From assembly GCA_964344555.1 (NCBI GenBank), contig CAYFNK010000002.1:1498-65497 (forward strand): a stretch of 64,000 nucleotides of DNA. Reading direction: 5' to 3'. The translations under genes were made by a program, and so were the position numbers. The notes beneath the pieces are model-generated. The model was not told the origin of the DNA and did not search any database. It saw only the letters and a list, made by a program, of their open reading frames with translations. Positions within the stretch are counted from its first letter, which is position 1. Each line of letters opens with the position of its first letter. This stretch comes from Candidatus Woesearchaeota archaeon. GTDB lineage: Archaea > Nanobdellota > Nanobdellia > SCGC-AAA011-G17 > PNOQ01. Shown here piece after piece: positions 62,995 through 64,000 of the stretch.

Positions 62995-64000
62995 ATGGAA
63001 AAAAAGAGGTTGATATTTACTTTAGCTTTATTTTCAATTATAATTATTAGTTCTTGTGCACCTGATTTAGCCCCTACTGCACCTAAGGTGAATCCTTGTT
63101 CCCTTTTTTTAGATATTACTCCTGGAGATTCTGATCTTAATGGGAGAGCGGATTTAAATGATGTGGCGGTTATGATTGAATATGTCTTAAAAAATGTGAA
63201 AATAACTGAACCTGACCAATCCTTATGTAATTCAGATATTAATGGAGATGGAGCTGTAAATCGTTTAGATTTGAGAGATTCTAAGAGAATTTATACTCAA
63301 GAATATGATATAGGCCGGCCAATTAGTTGTGAAGATTCTTTAATGGGAGATGGAAACGGAGATGGTACTGTAAATGTTCTTGATATTATCTTAACTATAG
63401 GCATAATTCTTGGCTCTGATCAAGCTACTGATCTTCAAGAATGTGTGCTCGATCTTAATGAAGATGCTATAATAGATATTCTCGATATTGTTCTTATGGT
63501 TAACCTTATTCTTGGTGAACCTCCTGAAGAAGAAATTCCTGGTTGTACAGACGAAACTGCTTGCAATTATAATATGGAAGCCAATGCAGATGATGGAAGT
63601 TGCACTTATGCAGAAGAATATTATGATTGCGATGGAAATTGTTTGAATGATGAAAATGAAGACGGAATTTGTGATGAATTAGAAGAAGTTGTTTCTGGTT
63701 GTACTGATCCTTTAGCAGATAATTATGATCTTGAAGCAGTTGAAGATGATGGAAGTTGTGAGTATACTGGAAGTGGAACTGTTGATGAGGACGGAGGAAC
63801 TGTTTCTGGTGAGACTGAAGGAGTATCTGTAGATATTCCTGGAGGGGCATTGGGAGAGGATGTTGAAATTACAGTTGAAGACGTTGAAGAAGAAACAGTT
63901 GCAGATGCACAATTACCTGAAGGAGAGTATACTTCTGCTAGTGATTATTATTCTTTTGAACCTCATGGACAGGAATTTGTTGAACTTGTAACAATATCTA
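62995..64000 (+). CDS. Lipobox-bearing secreted protein with dockerin-like repeats and GCTDxxAxNY..DDGSCxY modules, 3'-partial
   Basis: Open from the ATG at 62995 to the window end, and not in the ORF track. Signal plus lipobox MEKKRLIFTLALFSIIIISSC. Dockerin-like DLNGRADLNDV, DINGDGAVNRLDL, GDGNGDGTVNVLDI. Two GCTD..NY..DDGSC.Y units. Confidence 0.75.
   Translation, partial: MEKKRLIFTLALFSIIIISSCAPDLAPTAPKVNPCSLFLDITPGDSDLNGRADLNDVAVMIEYVLKNVKITEPDQSLCNSDINGDGAVNRLDLRDSKRIYTQEYDIGRPISCEDSLMGDGNGDGTVNVLDIILTIGIILGSDQATDLQECVLDLNEDAIIDILDIVLMVNLILGEPPEEEIPGCTDETACNYNMEANADDGSCTYAEEYYDCDGNCLNDENEDGICDELEEVVSGCTDPLADNYDLEAVEDDGSCEYTGSGTVDEDGGTVSGETEGVSVDIPGGALGEDVEITVEDVEEETVADAQLPEGEYTSASDYYSFEPHGQEFVELVTIS

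Noticed and set aside
63506-63912. Minus-strand ORFs 63506-63850 and 63712-63912
   Set aside because: They are antisense to the long open plus-strand dockerin-protein frame, and their products are H/Q/L/N-rich nonsense.
1-64000. Looked for CRISPR arrays, rRNA genes, further tRNAs and GC-rich structured-RNA islands
   Set aside because: I saw no regularly spaced direct repeats and no rRNA-like conserved stretches. The only GC-rich cloverleaf is tRNA-Val at 10515-10586. Small ncRNAs such as C/D-box sRNAs cannot be excluded by eye.

Overview
This is an AT-rich archaeal chromosomal window, judged from the gene content to come from a DPANN-like, reduced genome. Archaeal hallmarks include the exosome/proteasome/RNase P superoperon (Rpp30, Pop5, PsmA, SBDS, Rrp4/41/42, RpoK), archaeal PheRS alpha/beta, Mre11/Rad50, XPD, RNase J, uS2, enolase and Elp3. 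One tRNA-Val(UAC) is present. I saw no rRNA and no CRISPR array.

The most interesting locus lies at about 36.7-39.8 kb. It is a compact four-gene azole-type RiPP (TOMM/LAP-like) cluster: a 79-aa Cys-free, Ser-rich precursor, a YcaO, a SagB-type dehydrogenase and an HExxH protease. It sits on the opposite strand between mre11 and rad50.

Other notable items:
- An intein with a LAGLIDADG domain and a zinc ribbon in ppsA.
- A frameshifted free-standing LAGLIDADG gene inside a complete mcm5s2U34 tRNA-modification cluster (UbaA-SAMP-NcsA, Elp3, Trm9-like).
- A bacterial-type Lgt plus a DUF1461/Lit-like pair, with a lipobox dockerin protein elsewhere in the window.
- A 1313-bp element with 17-bp terminal inverted repeats and a 9-bp target duplication, inserted upstream of rps2.
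- A perfect 65-bp direct repeat bracketing 3.1 kb.
- A very acidic Cys-repeat, Tyr/Asp/Glu/Gly-rich protein that is probably fused by a frameshift to an upstream signal-peptide ORF.
- Frameshifted or truncated NUDIX, SGNH and dph2 genes.
- Several sub-60-aa ORFs absent from the ORF track.

All family assignments come from motif recognition by eye. No searches were run.
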